Positions 27,881-36,892 are shown, numbered from the stretch's first letter. The stretch: DNA of 64,000 nucleotides from an uncultured Hyphomicrobiales bacterium (GCA_964344345.1 CAYFNC010000002.1:6106-70105); one strand, 5' to 3'. Program-made: numbers and translations. The notes: generated by a model from the sequence alone, not told the origin.

Positions 27881-29556
27881 TCCTTGGCCTCCGCCGCTTC
27901 TTCCTTCTTGTCGTCCTCGGCGGCTTTCGCGGCCTCTGGCTCCTTCTCGGGAGCCGGTTTCTCATTCGACTTGGCCTCTTCGGCCTTGGCGTCTCCGCCA
28001 TCCTCGGCGGCCTTTTTGGCCTTGGGCTCTCTCTTGCGCGCCGGTTTTTCGGCCTTGGCGTCGTCCGGTTTGGCGTCCCCGGCTTCCTCGGCCGCTTTCT
28101 TCTCGGCGGCGGCTTTGCGCTTGGCGGCCTGTTCGGCCTTGCGGCGCGCCATGGCCTCTTTCTTTTTGGCCTTTTCCTTCTCGATTCGGATCTGGCGGCG
28201 CTGGGCCAGGACCTTGGTCTCCTCGTTCTTGTCCGCGTCGCGCTTGTTGGCGGTCATCTTGCCCTTGGCGTAGTTGAAAAACTGGACCAGGGGGATGTTG
28301 GACGGACAGACGTAGGAGCACGATCCGCAGCTGATGCAGTCCGACAGGCCGATCTTGACCGCGCCGTCCAACTCCTCCTTGCGGATGCGCGCCGCCATTT
28401 CCAGGGGCAGCAGGCCGCAGGGGCAGGCGTCGACGCAGCTGGCGCAGCGGATGCAGGGCATGGGCTGCTTGTATTCGTTCTCGTCCTTGGTGAGGGCGAG
28501 GAAGCCGTTGGTGCCTTTGACCACCGGCGGATGCAGGTTGCCGAGCGGCGTGCCCATCATGGGTCCGCCCAGAAGCGTGCGGCCCGGATCCTCGGTGTAG
28601 CCGCCGCAGTATTCGGCCAGATCGTTGACCGGGGTGCCGATCAGCACCTCCAGGTTGGCGGTGTTCTTCATCGCGCTGCCGCTGACCGTCACCACGCGCT
28701 GGACCAGCGGGCGACCGAACAGCACCGCGTCGCGCACCGCGTAGGCCGTGGCCGCGTTGTGGACCACCACGCCGATGTCGGCGGTCAGGCCGCGGGCGGG
28801 GGTTTCCTTGCCGGTCAGGGTCTGGACCAGGTGCTTTTCCGAACCCATGGGATAACGGGTGGGGACGCCGACCACCTTGATCTCTTCGAAGGCGGCGGAT
28901 TCGCGGGTCATGGCCTCGATGGCCTGGGGCTTGTTCTTCTCGATGGCGACGATGGCCTCGGGCGCGCCGAGGGCGCGACGCATGATGTTGACGCCCTCGA
29001 GAACCTCCTTGGTGCGCTCGCGCATGATGCGGTCGTCGCAGGTCAGGTACGGCTCGCACTCGGCCCCGTTGATGACAAGGGTCTTCAGGTCGTAGCGGTC
29101 GCGGAGATTGAGCTTCACCGCCGACGGGAAGGTCGCGCCGCCCATGCCGACCACCCCGCATTCGGCCACGCGCTTGGCGATGTCGCCGGGCTCGGCCGTG
29201 TTCGGGTCCATCGGCGGCAGGGTCTCGCCCCATTCGTCCTCGCCGTCGGTGGCGATGGTGACGGACAGGCCCGCCAGGCCCGACGCGTGCGGGGCCGCGT
29301 GTTCGTGAATGGCGACCACGTCGCCCGATGTCGGCGCGTGGACGGGGGCGGAGATGAAGCCCTTGGGCTCCCCGATCAACTGGCCCTTCTTGACCTTGTC
29401 GCCGATCTCGACAACGCATTCGGCGGGCGCGCCGATGTGTTGTTGCAAGGGCACGTACAGCAGCTCGGGCATGGGAAGCCGCTCGATCGCCTTTTCCGAG
29501 GAAAAGCTCTTCCGGTCGTCCGGATGCACGCCTCCCCGGATCTTGAACAGCTTCAT
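27877..29556 (-). CDS. rnfC: Rnf complex subunit C
   Basis: GMGGATFP nucleotide-binding region and two ferredoxin-type clusters (CIRCASCVDACP, CISCGSCSYVCP). The C-terminal tail of about 130 aa is Lys/Ala/Glu-rich and low-complexity. Confidence 0.93.
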   Translation of the reverse strand: MKLFKIRGGVHPDDRKSFSSEKAIERLPMPELLYVPLQQHIGAPAECVVEIGDKVKKGQLIGEPKGFISAPVHAPTSGDVVAIHEHAAPHASGLAGLSVTIATDGEDEWGETLPPMDPNTAEPGDIAKRVAECGVVGMGGATFPSAVKLNLRDRYDLKTLVINGAECEPYLTCDDRIMRERTKEVLEGVNIMRRALGAPEAIVAIEKNKPQAIEAMTRESAAFEEIKVVGVPTRYPMGSEKHLVQTLTGKETPARGLTADIGVVVHNAATAYAVRDAVLFGRPLVQRVVTVSGSAMKNTANLEVLIGTPVNDLAEYCGGYTEDPGRTLLGGPMMGTPLGNLHPPVVKGTNGFLALTKDENEYKQPMPCIRCASCVDACPCGLLPLEMAARIRKEELDGAVKIGLSDCISCGSCSYVCPSNIPLVQFFNYAKGKMTANKRDADKNEETKVLAQRRQIRIEKEKAKKKEAMARRKAEQAAKRKAAAEKKAAEEAGDAKPDDAKAEKPARKREPKAKKAAEDGGDAKAEEAKSNEKPAPEKEPEAAKAAEDDKKEEAAEAKE

Positions 29557-29615
29557 GACGTCTCCCTCGCGTTCCCAATCAATGCTTGTTTATCGTTGTC
29601 GTCCGCCAATATCGG

Positions 29616-30161
29616 TCAGGCGGCGATTTCCTTGATTTCCTCGTCCGGCTTCGGCCAGTGCCAAGTCTGCAGCGTCGGCTGGATGGTTTGCATTTCGATG
29701 CATTCGGTCGGGCACACGTCGATGCAGGCCTCGCAACCGGTGCAGTATTCGGGGATGACCGCGTGCATCATCTTGGGCGCGCCGACGATGGCGTCGGTGG
29801 GGCAGGCGCCGAAGCAGCGCGCGCAGCCGATGCAGAGGTCCTCGTTGACGAAGGCGAGCGCGGGATCCTTGTCCTCCATCCCCGACAGATCGACGGTGAT
29901 GCCCAGCTTGTCCGCCAGGGCCTGCGCCAGCTGCCTGCCTCCCGGAGGGCAGAACGTGACCTCGGCCTCGCCCGCGGCGAGCGCCTCTGCCGCCGGGGTG
30001 CAGCCGGGATAGCCGCACTGGCCGCACTGGGTTCCGGGCAGCATCTCGTCGATTTCCTCGACCAACGGGTTGCCCTCGACCTTCAGATAGACGGCTGCGA
30101 TGCCCAACAGGCCGCCGAGAACGACGCCGAGGATGGTGAGGCTGACAATCGCTTCGAGCAT
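29616..30161 (-). CDS. rnfB: Rnf complex subunit B
   Basis: N-terminal membrane anchor, a CGQCGYPGC cluster motif, and two 4Fe-4S motifs (CIGCARCFGACP, CTGCEACIDVCP). Confidence 0.9.
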   Translation of the reverse strand: MLEAIVSLTILGVVLGGLLGIAAVYLKVEGNPLVEEIDEMLPGTQCGQCGYPGCTPAAEALAAGEAEVTFCPPGGRQLAQALADKLGITVDLSGMEDKDPALAFVNEDLCIGCARCFGACPTDAIVGAPKMMHAVIPEYCTGCEACIDVCPTECIEMQTIQPTLQTWHWPKPDEEIKEIAA

Positions 30162-30171
30162 GGCGCGTCTC

Positions 30172-30753
30172 CTAGTTGGTCACCAGGCCGGAGAAGCCCA
30201 TGAAGGCCATGGACATCAAACCCGCCACGACGAAGCCGATGGGCGCGCCGTCGAAGGACGCGGGGACGTTCGAAAGCGCGAGCCGCTCGCGAATGCCGGC
30301 GAAGATCACCATGGTCAGGGTGAAGCCCATGGCCGAGCCGAACCCGTAGATCAGGCTCTCCATGAAGGTGTGCTGCTCCTGGATGTTGAGCAGGGCGACG
30401 CCGAGCACAGCGCAGTTGGTGGTGATCAGCGGCAGGAAGATGCCCAGCACCTGATAGAGCACGGGCGAAATCTTGCGCACGGCCATTTCCGTGAACTGCA
30501 CAACGGCGGCGATCACCAGGATGAAGGTCAGGATGCGGAGATACCCCACGTCGAACGGGGTCAGCACGAAGTGCTCCAACAGCCAACTGGCGACGGCGGC
30601 GAGCGTCAGCACGAAGGTGGTGGCGAATCCCATCCCGATGGCCGAATCCATTTTGTTGGAAACGCCCATGAACGGGCACAGCCCCAGGAATTTGACGAGC
30701 ACCACGTTGTTCACCAGCGTGGTGCTGATAAGAATCAAAATATATTCTTCCAT
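30172..30753 (-). CDS. rnfA: Rnf complex subunit A
   Basis: ATG at 30751-30753 ([32 protein letters not shown]). NqrE/RnfA family, 193 aa. Confidence 0.93.
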   Translation of the reverse strand: MEEYILILISTTLVNNVVLVKFLGLCPFMGVSNKMDSAIGMGFATTFVLTLAAVASWLLEHFVLTPFDVGYLRILTFILVIAAVVQFTEMAVRKISPVLYQVLGIFLPLITTNCAVLGVALLNIQEQHTFMESLIYGFGSAMGFTLTMVIFAGIRERLALSNVPASFDGAPIGFVVAGLMSMAFMGFSGLVTN

Positions 30754-30956
30754 CGTTCGGCTCGCGCCTCCCCCCAAAACGGCCGCCCATTATATTGGGC
30801 GATTCTAATGTTTCCAAGGCTTGTGTCGCACTGCGGCGAAGAAGGTATCAGAAAATAAAACCTGGAAGCATTATAAAATTTAACCTCTTTGAAATACAGA
30901 TGGTTATGGGGGCGGCTTTATGTAACCCCTGATGCTGCGCCGCCATTGTCGGGGCC

Positions 30957-32027
30957 TTAGAGCGGGTTGGACGTCGTTAATTTTTTGGGATGGCCGGGCT
31001 CGAACCGTATGCGTTCGATCATCGCCGGGTTGGCGTGAACGGTCCCTTTGTCGTCAACCAGAAGGGCGAATTTGATCCCCATCTTGCGTGCGATTTCAGC
31101 CCAGCCGTCGGGTCCCGCGACGGTCAACGCCGTCGACGCCGCGTCCGCCAGGGCGCCGTTGGGATGGATCACGGTCGCCGAAACGATGTGGTCCACCGGC
31201 ATGCCGGTGCGAGGGTCCAGGATGTGGGCGTAGCGGATCCCGTCGTGCTCCCGGTATCGCTCGTAGTTGCCGGACGTGTACATGTTCTCGTCCGGCGCCA
31301 GCGCCACCGACGCGATCACGCCCCAGCCCACAGGGTCGCGGATGCCGATGCTCCACGGCCGCCCCTTGGCACGGCCCATGGTGTTCAGGTCTCCGCCGGC
31401 GTTGACCACGGCGTGTTGGATCCCCATGGCGCGCAGGGTTTCGACCGCCTTGTCCAGCGCGACGCCCTTGGCGAAGCCGCCGAAATCAAGGCTGACCGCT
31501 GGGTTCGTGGACCGGACCATGTCGCCCTCGATCACGACATCGTCCATGGTCGGGCGTTTTTCGGCGAGTTCCCGGATGCGCTCCAGCGGCGGGCGCGAGC
31601 CCTTGGGCAGTTCGTCTGAGTGGAAGCCCCAGGCCCCAATCAGCGCGCCAATGGCCGGATTGAACAGGCCTTCGCTTTGGGCGTACAGGGTTTTGGCTTG
31701 GCGGATCAAAGGCAGAAGGAAGGGGCTCGCTTCCCTCGCCTCGCCGTTCGCGAACGCCTTGTTCAAGGTATCGAGCTCGCCCGGTTTCCAGGCGTGCCAA
31801 TCCTTGTGCATGCGTTGGAAATCCTGATCGATGGCGCGGATGGCTTCCCGCGCCTTGTCTTCCGGCGTCTCGCGGATGGACACCTCGACCAAGGTGCCGA
31901 AGACGTAGAGGGTCTCCTTGTGGGCGTCCGAGGGCTCGGGCCGGTCGCCCGCCCGCCAGATAAGAAGGACGATAAGAAAGACGGCGGCGACGAGACCGAC
32001 CCATACGGCGCGCGGCGGCTTGCTCAT
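30957..32027 (-). CDS. apbE: FAD:protein FMN transferase
   Basis: N-terminal anchor and ApbE motifs DFGGFAKGVALDKAV and MYTSGNYERYREHDGIRYAHILDPRTG. ATG at 32025-32027. Confidence 0.9.
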   Translation of the reverse strand: MSKPPRAVWVGLVAAVFLIVLLIWRAGDRPEPSDAHKETLYVFGTLVEVSIRETPEDKAREAIRAIDQDFQRMHKDWHAWKPGELDTLNKAFANGEAREASPFLLPLIRQAKTLYAQSEGLFNPAIGALIGAWGFHSDELPKGSRPPLERIRELAEKRPTMDDVVIEGDMVRSTNPAVSLDFGGFAKGVALDKAVETLRAMGIQHAVVNAGGDLNTMGRAKGRPWSIGIRDPVGWGVIASVALAPDENMYTSGNYERYREHDGIRYAHILDPRTGMPVDHIVSATVIHPNGALADAASTALTVAGPDGWAEIARKMGIKFALLVDDKGTVHANPAMIERIRFEPGHPKKLTTSNPL

Positions 32028-32029
32028 GA

Positions 32030-32536
32030 CTAGAACTTCAGGTCCACGCCACACGAGGCCGCGTCGGCGGCATCACCACTGTCCTTGCGCAGGAAGATGG
32101 GCTGGATTTTGAGCTTGCCGGAAAACAGCTTCATGGCGACGAAGCCGAGCGCGAGGCCGCCGACGGCGGCGATGGCGGCGGCGGGATCGTCGCCGCCGAG
32201 TCCGATGGTCCCGAGAGCCGCCCCGATCATGCAGACCATGGGCAGCATGTAGGCGATCAGCGAGGCGCGGAGCAGCGCGCCTTCCGGAATGCCGATGACG
32301 ATTCGGTCCCCGACCTTGCCCCCGAAGGTGTTGCGCAGCCGGAAGCGCACGGGTTTGTTCCCCACCACGCCCGAAAGCACGGACACACCGCAGCCCTTGG
32401 ACGCCTTGCAGCCGCCGCACGACGACTTGCTCTCGGCCTCCAGCCACGCGGTCTCCCCGGTGATGGCGACGATGCGCGCCGTTCCCTCGGTCATCTCGCC
32501 GCGGGATTCCATCTCCAGCAGGGGCGGGGTTGTCAT
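32030..32536 (-). CDS. rseC: RseC/MucC family (SoxR-reducing-system-type) membrane protein
   Basis: N-terminal soluble part with a Cys cluster SCGGCKASKGCG, then two TM helices (LIAYMLPMVCMIGAALG, AAIAAVGGLALGFVAMKLF). The start may be an internal Met. Confidence 0.75.
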   Translation of the reverse strand: MTTPPLLEMESRGEMTEGTARIVAITGETAWLEAESKSSCGGCKASKGCGVSVLSGVVGNKPVRFRLRNTFGGKVGDRIVIGIPEGALLRASLIAYMLPMVCMIGAALGTIGLGGDDPAAAIAAVGGLALGFVAMKLFSGKLKIQPIFLRKDSGDAADAASCGVDLKF

Positions 32537-32539
32537 GGC

Positions 32540-33514
32540 CTATGCGCTGCGAAGGGCGTGGTAGAGCTGGTAGGGCGATTCACGCCATTTTCCCAGGACC
32601 TTCACGTCCGCCTGGGGCAGGTAAGAATACTCCCCGCCCACATGGTCGTTGACCACCGCTTCTCCAAGGCGCTCCGAGATTTCATCCCTGGTCAGCATGA
32701 AGAAATACCACGCCATGGGATACCCCACCTCCACGTCGAAGTCGTGAAGCATGCGGGCGAGGGCGGGGCCGCTGCGAACCTCGTCCTTGCCGATGGACGG
32801 GAGCTTGCGGGAAAAGGTGCTGATCGGGCGAATTTCGTCGCGATGCTCGCCGGAAGCGTCAAGATAGGGCGCCATGGTCAGCACCCATTGGTCGGAGAAA
32901 CGGGTGTTGTCCCCCGCGCTGGAACGATCCCAGTCATGAACGAAACGCCGGAACCGGTCGTCGAGGTGGTGATTGCTTTCCAGTTCATCGAAACGGTCCG
33001 CCACGTAAGTGATCCGCTTGAACTGGTATTTCGGCAGGGAAATTGGCCTCGGGGTGACATCGGGAAAGTCGAACGGGTCGATCACGTCCTCGACGTTGTT
33101 CGGAATCCAATCCGGGTGGAAAAGGGGGCGGTCGGCCTCCTCGAAGGTTTCCTCCACCTCGATCTGGGCGAAGTCCAGCGTTCGGGGCCCCGTGCGGGCG
33201 GTGAGGTAGTGGGTCCGGCCCTTGATCTTGGTGACGAACAGATCCTTGTCCCCGTGTTTTTCAATCAGGGTCAGGACATCGCCCTCGGATTCTTCCTCGA
33301 CCCAGTCCTCCACGTTGTCGGCGATCCGGTTTCCGTTCAGGTCGATCAGCCTTCCAAGCCGGTACCAGCCCGCCGAGGTCATGGAAAGGTGGAACTCCAG
33401 GCCGAACGTCTCCTGGTTGACGCTGTCCAGAAGGGACGCCTGTCCCGGCATCGGAATAGCCCTTTCGCAAGCCTTGGCAAAGCTTTCGCTGTCGGCGTTT
33501 ATCTCGCTCATCAC
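32540..33514 (-). CDS. hypothetical acidic cytoplasmic protein (no family recognised)
   Basis: 324-aa ORF with coding-like composition, no TM segment and no signal peptide. Its stop lies 3 nt before the rseC start. Divergent from cbbM across 208 bp. Confidence 0.7.
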   Translation of the reverse strand: MMSEINADSESFAKACERAIPMPGQASLLDSVNQETFGLEFHLSMTSAGWYRLGRLIDLNGNRIADNVEDWVEEESEGDVLTLIEKHGDKDLFVTKIKGRTHYLTARTGPRTLDFAQIEVEETFEEADRPLFHPDWIPNNVEDVIDPFDFPDVTPRPISLPKYQFKRITYVADRFDELESNHHLDDRFRRFVHDWDRSSAGDNTRFSDQWVLTMAPYLDASGEHRDEIRPISTFSRKLPSIGKDEVRSGPALARMLHDFDVEVGYPMAWYFFMLTRDEISERLGEAVVNDHVGGEYSYLPQADVKVLGKWRESPYQLYHALRSA

Positions 33515-33722
33515 CCCCGCTCCTCGGGCCGCTCGGGCGGCCCCTTCTTTATGACTGTTCCAATCTGTTTCCCACGGACTTTACAAAAAGTGCCCGGCGT
33601 TCGCTACCGGTTTCGCACCCCCCTCGCGCGGGGGAGGACGTTTCCCCCCCTTCGGGGTGTTCAATTCAAGGTTTCGATATGCCATTTATAAAGGCGACCG
33701 AGCCCCAAAAAAAAGAGAGACC

Positions 33723-35099
33723 ATGGACCAGTCCCAACGCTACGCCGACCTTTCCTTGAAGGAATCGGAGTTGATCGAAGGCGGACGGCACGCGCTGTGC
33801 GCTTACGCCATGAAGCCCAAGCCCGGGCAGTCATACATTTCCGCGGCGGCCCACTTCGCCGCCGAATCGTCGACCGGCACCAATGTGGAGGTCCTGACCA
33901 CGGACGATTTCACCCGAGGCGTGGACGCGCTGGTCTACGAGGCGGACGAGTCGAAGGAGCTGATGAAGATCGCCTACCCGATCGAGTTGTTCGACCGCAA
34001 CATCATCGACGGCAAGGCCATGCTGGCCTCGTTTCTGACGCTGACGGTGGGCAACAACCAGGGCATGGGCGACATCGACTACGCCAAGATGCTCGATTTC
34101 CATCTGCCGCCGGACTATCTGAGCCTCTATGACGGTCCGTCCATGGGCATCCGACACATGTGGCGGACCTTGGGCCGCCCCGAGACCGACGGAGGCATGA
34201 TCGTCGGCACCATCATCAAGCCCAAGTTGGGGCTTAGGCCAAAGCCCTTCGCCGAGGCCTGCCGCCAGTTCTGGCTCGCGGGCGACTTCGTGAAGAACGA
34301 CGAGCCCCAGGGCAACCAGCCCTTCGCCCCTTTCAAGGACACCATGGCCGCCGTGGCCGACGCCATGCGCCGCGCCCAGGACGAAAGCGGCCAGCCAAAG
34401 CTGTTCTCCGCCAACATCACCGCCGACGATCCGGCGGAAATGGTCGCGCGGGGCGAGTTCATCATGGAGACCTTCGGCGAGTTCGCCTCCCACGTGGCGT
34501 TCCTGGTCGATGGGTTCGTGGCGGGACCCACCTCGGTGACCACGGCGAGGCGCAATTTCCCGGGCCAGTTCCTGCATTACCACCGGGCGGGCCACGGGGC
34601 GATCACGTCCATGCAGTCCCAGCGGGGCTACACCGCCTTCGTCCATCTGAAGATGGCCCGGCTGTCCGGCGCGTCCGGCATCCACACCGGCACCATGGGA
34701 TTCGGCAAGATGGAGGGCGATCCCTCGGACAAGCTGATCGCCTACATGTTGGAGCGGGATTCGGCCGACGGCCCGTTTTACCATCAGGAATGGGGCGGCA
34801 TGATGCCGACCGCGCCCATCATTTCGGGCGGCATGAACGCGCTCCGGTTGCCCGGATTCTTCCAAAACCTGGGTCACGCAAACTTCATCCAGACGTCGGG
34901 CGGCGGCGCGTTCGGGCACAAGGACGGCCCGGTGGCGGGGGCCAAGTCGCTCCGCCAATCCTATGAATCCTGGACCAAGGGCGTTGACTTGGCGGACTAC
35001 GCCAAGGACCATCCCGAACTCGCGGGCGCGTTCGAGTCCTTTCCGACGGACGCGGATCGCTTGTATCCTGGCTGGCGTCAAAAGCTGGGTCTTGGCTGA
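33723..35099 (+). CDS. cbbM: ribulose-1,5-bisphosphate carboxylase/oxygenase, form II
   Basis: 458 aa from ATG 33723 ([35 protein letters not shown]). Contains [40 protein letters not shown] and SGGMNALR. Very close to the Rhodospirillum rubrum CbbM as I remember it. Confidence 0.97.
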   Translation: MDQSQRYADLSLKESELIEGGRHALCAYAMKPKPGQSYISAAAHFAAESSTGTNVEVLTTDDFTRGVDALVYEADESKELMKIAYPIELFDRNIIDGKAMLASFLTLTVGNNQGMGDIDYAKMLDFHLPPDYLSLYDGPSMGIRHMWRTLGRPETDGGMIVGTIIKPKLGLRPKPFAEACRQFWLAGDFVKNDEPQGNQPFAPFKDTMAAVADAMRRAQDESGQPKLFSANITADDPAEMVARGEFIMETFGEFASHVAFLVDGFVAGPTSVTTARRNFPGQFLHYHRAGHGAITSMQSQRGYTAFVHLKMARLSGASGIHTGTMGFGKMEGDPSDKLIAYMLERDSADGPFYHQEWGGMMPTAPIISGGMNALRLPGFFQNLGHANFIQTSGGGAFGHKDGPVAGAKSLRQSYESWTKGVDLADYAKDHPELAGAFESFPTDADRLYPGWRQKLGLG

Positions 35100-35111
35100 G
35101 CAGGGTAGGGT

Positions 35112-35999
35112 ATGTCCAAAAAGTATCCCGTCGTCGTCGTCACCGGTTCATCCGGCGCCGGCACCACCACGGTGCGGGTGGCGTTCGAACACATGTTTCG
35201 GCGCGAGTGCATCACCCCCGCGCTGATCGAGGGCGACAGCTTCCATCGCTACAATCGCGTGGAAATGAAGGCGGCCGTGCTTAGAGCGGAGGAAGAGGGA
35301 CGCATTCTCAGCCACTTCGGGCCGGAAGCCAACCTGTTCGTCGAGCTTTCCAATCTGTTCGAAAGCTACGGCCGGGACGGGACCGGGCGTTTTCGCCATT
35401 ACCTCCACAACGAAGAGGAGGCCGAGCCACACGCCCACTTGGGGCTGGGCCCTGGCGAGTTCACGCCGTGGGAGGATATCCCGCCCGGCACCGACCTTTT
35501 GTTCTACGAAGGCCTGCACGGCTGCGTGCGGACCGAGGGCGCGGACCTGTCCAGTTCGGCGGACCTGAAGATCGGCGTGGTGCCGGTGGTGAACCTGGAG
35601 TGGATTCAGAAGATTCATCGCGACACCCGGACCCGGGGCTATTCCGAGGACGTGGTCATGGACACCATCCTGCGACGCATGCACGACTATGTTCACTACG
35701 TGGTGCCCCAGTTCTCGCTGACCGACATCAATTTCCAGCGGGTGCCGGTGGTGGACACCTCGGACCCCATCATCGCCCGCGATATCCCCGAACCGGACGA
35801 AAGCCTTGTGGTGGTCCATTTCCGCAAGCCCATGCGCTTCGACGTGGATTTCCCGTACCTGCTGTCCATGATCAAGGGCTCGTGGATGTCGCGGGAGAAC
35901 ACGTTGGTGGTTCCCGGCGGCAAGATGGGGCTCGCCATGGAGGTCACCATCACTCCCATCCTGCGGTCCATCGTCAACGAGCGGCGCGCGGCCGCCTGA
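35112..35999 (+). CDS. prk: phosphoribulokinase (canonical copy)
   Basis: MSKKYPVVVVTGSSGAGTTTV P-loop, plus EGDSFHRY, FYEGLHG, NLEWIQKIHRD, ILRRM and DINFQRVPVVDTS. 295 aa, bacterial class II PRK. Confidence 0.95.
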   Translation: MSKKYPVVVVTGSSGAGTTTVRVAFEHMFRRECITPALIEGDSFHRYNRVEMKAAVLRAEEEGRILSHFGPEANLFVELSNLFESYGRDGTGRFRHYLHNEEEAEPHAHLGLGPGEFTPWEDIPPGTDLLFYEGLHGCVRTEGADLSSSADLKIGVVPVVNLEWIQKIHRDTRTRGYSEDVVMDTILRRMHDYVHYVVPQFSLTDINFQRVPVVDTSDPIIARDIPEPDESLVVVHFRKPMRFDVDFPYLLSMIKGSWMSRENTLVVPGGKMGLAMEVTITPILRSIVNERRAAA

Positions 36000-36007
36000 G
36001 GAAACGC

Positions 36008-36892
36008 ATGTCGAAAAAACATCCCATCATCGCGGTGACAGGATCGTCCGGCTCCAGGCGCGGCGCGGTGATGGCGGCGTTCGAGCGCATCTTCGTCAAG
36101 GAGGGGATCACCGCCGTTTACGTGGAGGGCGACAGCTTCCACCGCTACGACCGCTTCGAGATGGAGGAGGCGATCAAGGGCGCGGGGGCGGTCGGCAACC
36201 ACCATCTCAGCCATTTCGGGCCCGAGAGCAATCTGTTCGACAAGCAGGAAACCCTGTTCCGGACCTATGGCGAGAACGGGACCGGGCGGCGGCGTTTCTA
36301 TTCCCACGACGAGGAAACCGCCGACATCCTGGGCGTCGAGGTCGGACGCTTCACCGAGTGGGAGGACATCCCGCCCGACACGGACCTGATGATCTACCAG
36401 GGGCTCCATGGCTACGTAAAAACCGATGTCCGGAATTTGGGCCAGCACGTGGACCTGAAGATCGGCGTGGTGCCTGTTATCAATCTGGAATGGATACAGA
36501 AAATTCACCGCGACACCAAGCTGCGCGGCTATTCCAAGGAGGCGGTGATCGACACCATCCTGCGCCGCATGCCCGACTACGTGCACTACGTGGTGCCCCA
36601 GTTCCGCCGTTCCGACATTAATTTCCAGCGGGTGCCCATCGTGGACACCTCGAACCCGCTCGCCGCCCGATCCCTGCCCACCGACGACGAGACCGTGGTG
36701 GTGATCCGGTTCCGCAGGCCCGAGGACTTCGGCGTGGATTTCCCCTACCTTTTGGCGCACCTGCATGATTCATGGATGTCGCGGCGCAACTCCATCGTGG
36801 TTCCTGGCTCCAAGATGGCCTTCGCCATGCAATTGATCCTGCACCCGGTCATCAACCGCATGATGGAGGAAAAAAAGCTTGCGGAGGGCTGA
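36008..36892 (+). CDS. phosphoribulokinase paralog with divergent P-loop
   Basis: Colinear with the upstream prk (MSKKHPIIAVTGSSG..., EGDSFHRY, NLEWIQKIHRD, DINFQRVPIVDTS). However, the P-loop reads GSSGSRRGAV and YEGLHG is YQGLHG. Starts 8 nt after the first copy. Confidence 0.85.
   Translation: MSKKHPIIAVTGSSGSRRGAVMAAFERIFVKEGITAVYVEGDSFHRYDRFEMEEAIKGAGAVGNHHLSHFGPESNLFDKQETLFRTYGENGTGRRRFYSHDEETADILGVEVGRFTEWEDIPPDTDLMIYQGLHGYVKTDVRNLGQHVDLKIGVVPVINLEWIQKIHRDTKLRGYSKEAVIDTILRRMPDYVHYVVPQFRRSDINFQRVPIVDTSNPLAARSLPTDDETVVVIRFRRPEDFGVDFPYLLAHLHDSWMSRRNSIVVPGSKMAFAMQLILHPVINRMMEEKKLAEG

Noticed and set aside
27839-30012. Plus-strand ORFs antisense to rnfC/rnfB (27839..28273, 27867..28277, 28531..30012) and the second minus frame 27962..29578
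   Set aside because: The RnfC and RnfB frames contain the Fe-S cluster motifs. The Ser/Ala/Pro-rich plus-strand products merely mirror the K/A/E-coding repeats.
30870-30875. Perfect TATAAT on the rnf strand as a called rnfA promoter
   Set aside because: The -35 region at 16-18 nt spacing is poor (tgtatt) and there is no extended -10. I kept it as a remark in a finding rather than as a feature.
33677-33689. ATA-N7-TAT (T-N11-A-like) box upstream of cbbM as a CbbR site
   Set aside because: It lies only about 35-45 nt from the ATG. Such short AT-rich motifs occur by chance, and no LysR gene is nearby. I mention it in the cbbM promoter finding but do not call it as a feature.
33831-36766. Antisense ORFs over cbbM and the prk genes (33831..35081 -, 35148..35819 -, 35696..36766 -). 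Also ORF 35468..36892 (+), which starts out of frame inside the first prk gene and continues in the prk' frame.
   Set aside because: Both prk genes have their own ATG, a conserved MSKK(Y/H)P N-terminus and separate stops. In ORF 35468..36892 the stretch upstream of 36008 is out of frame with prk1 and not protein-like. The antisense products have no features.
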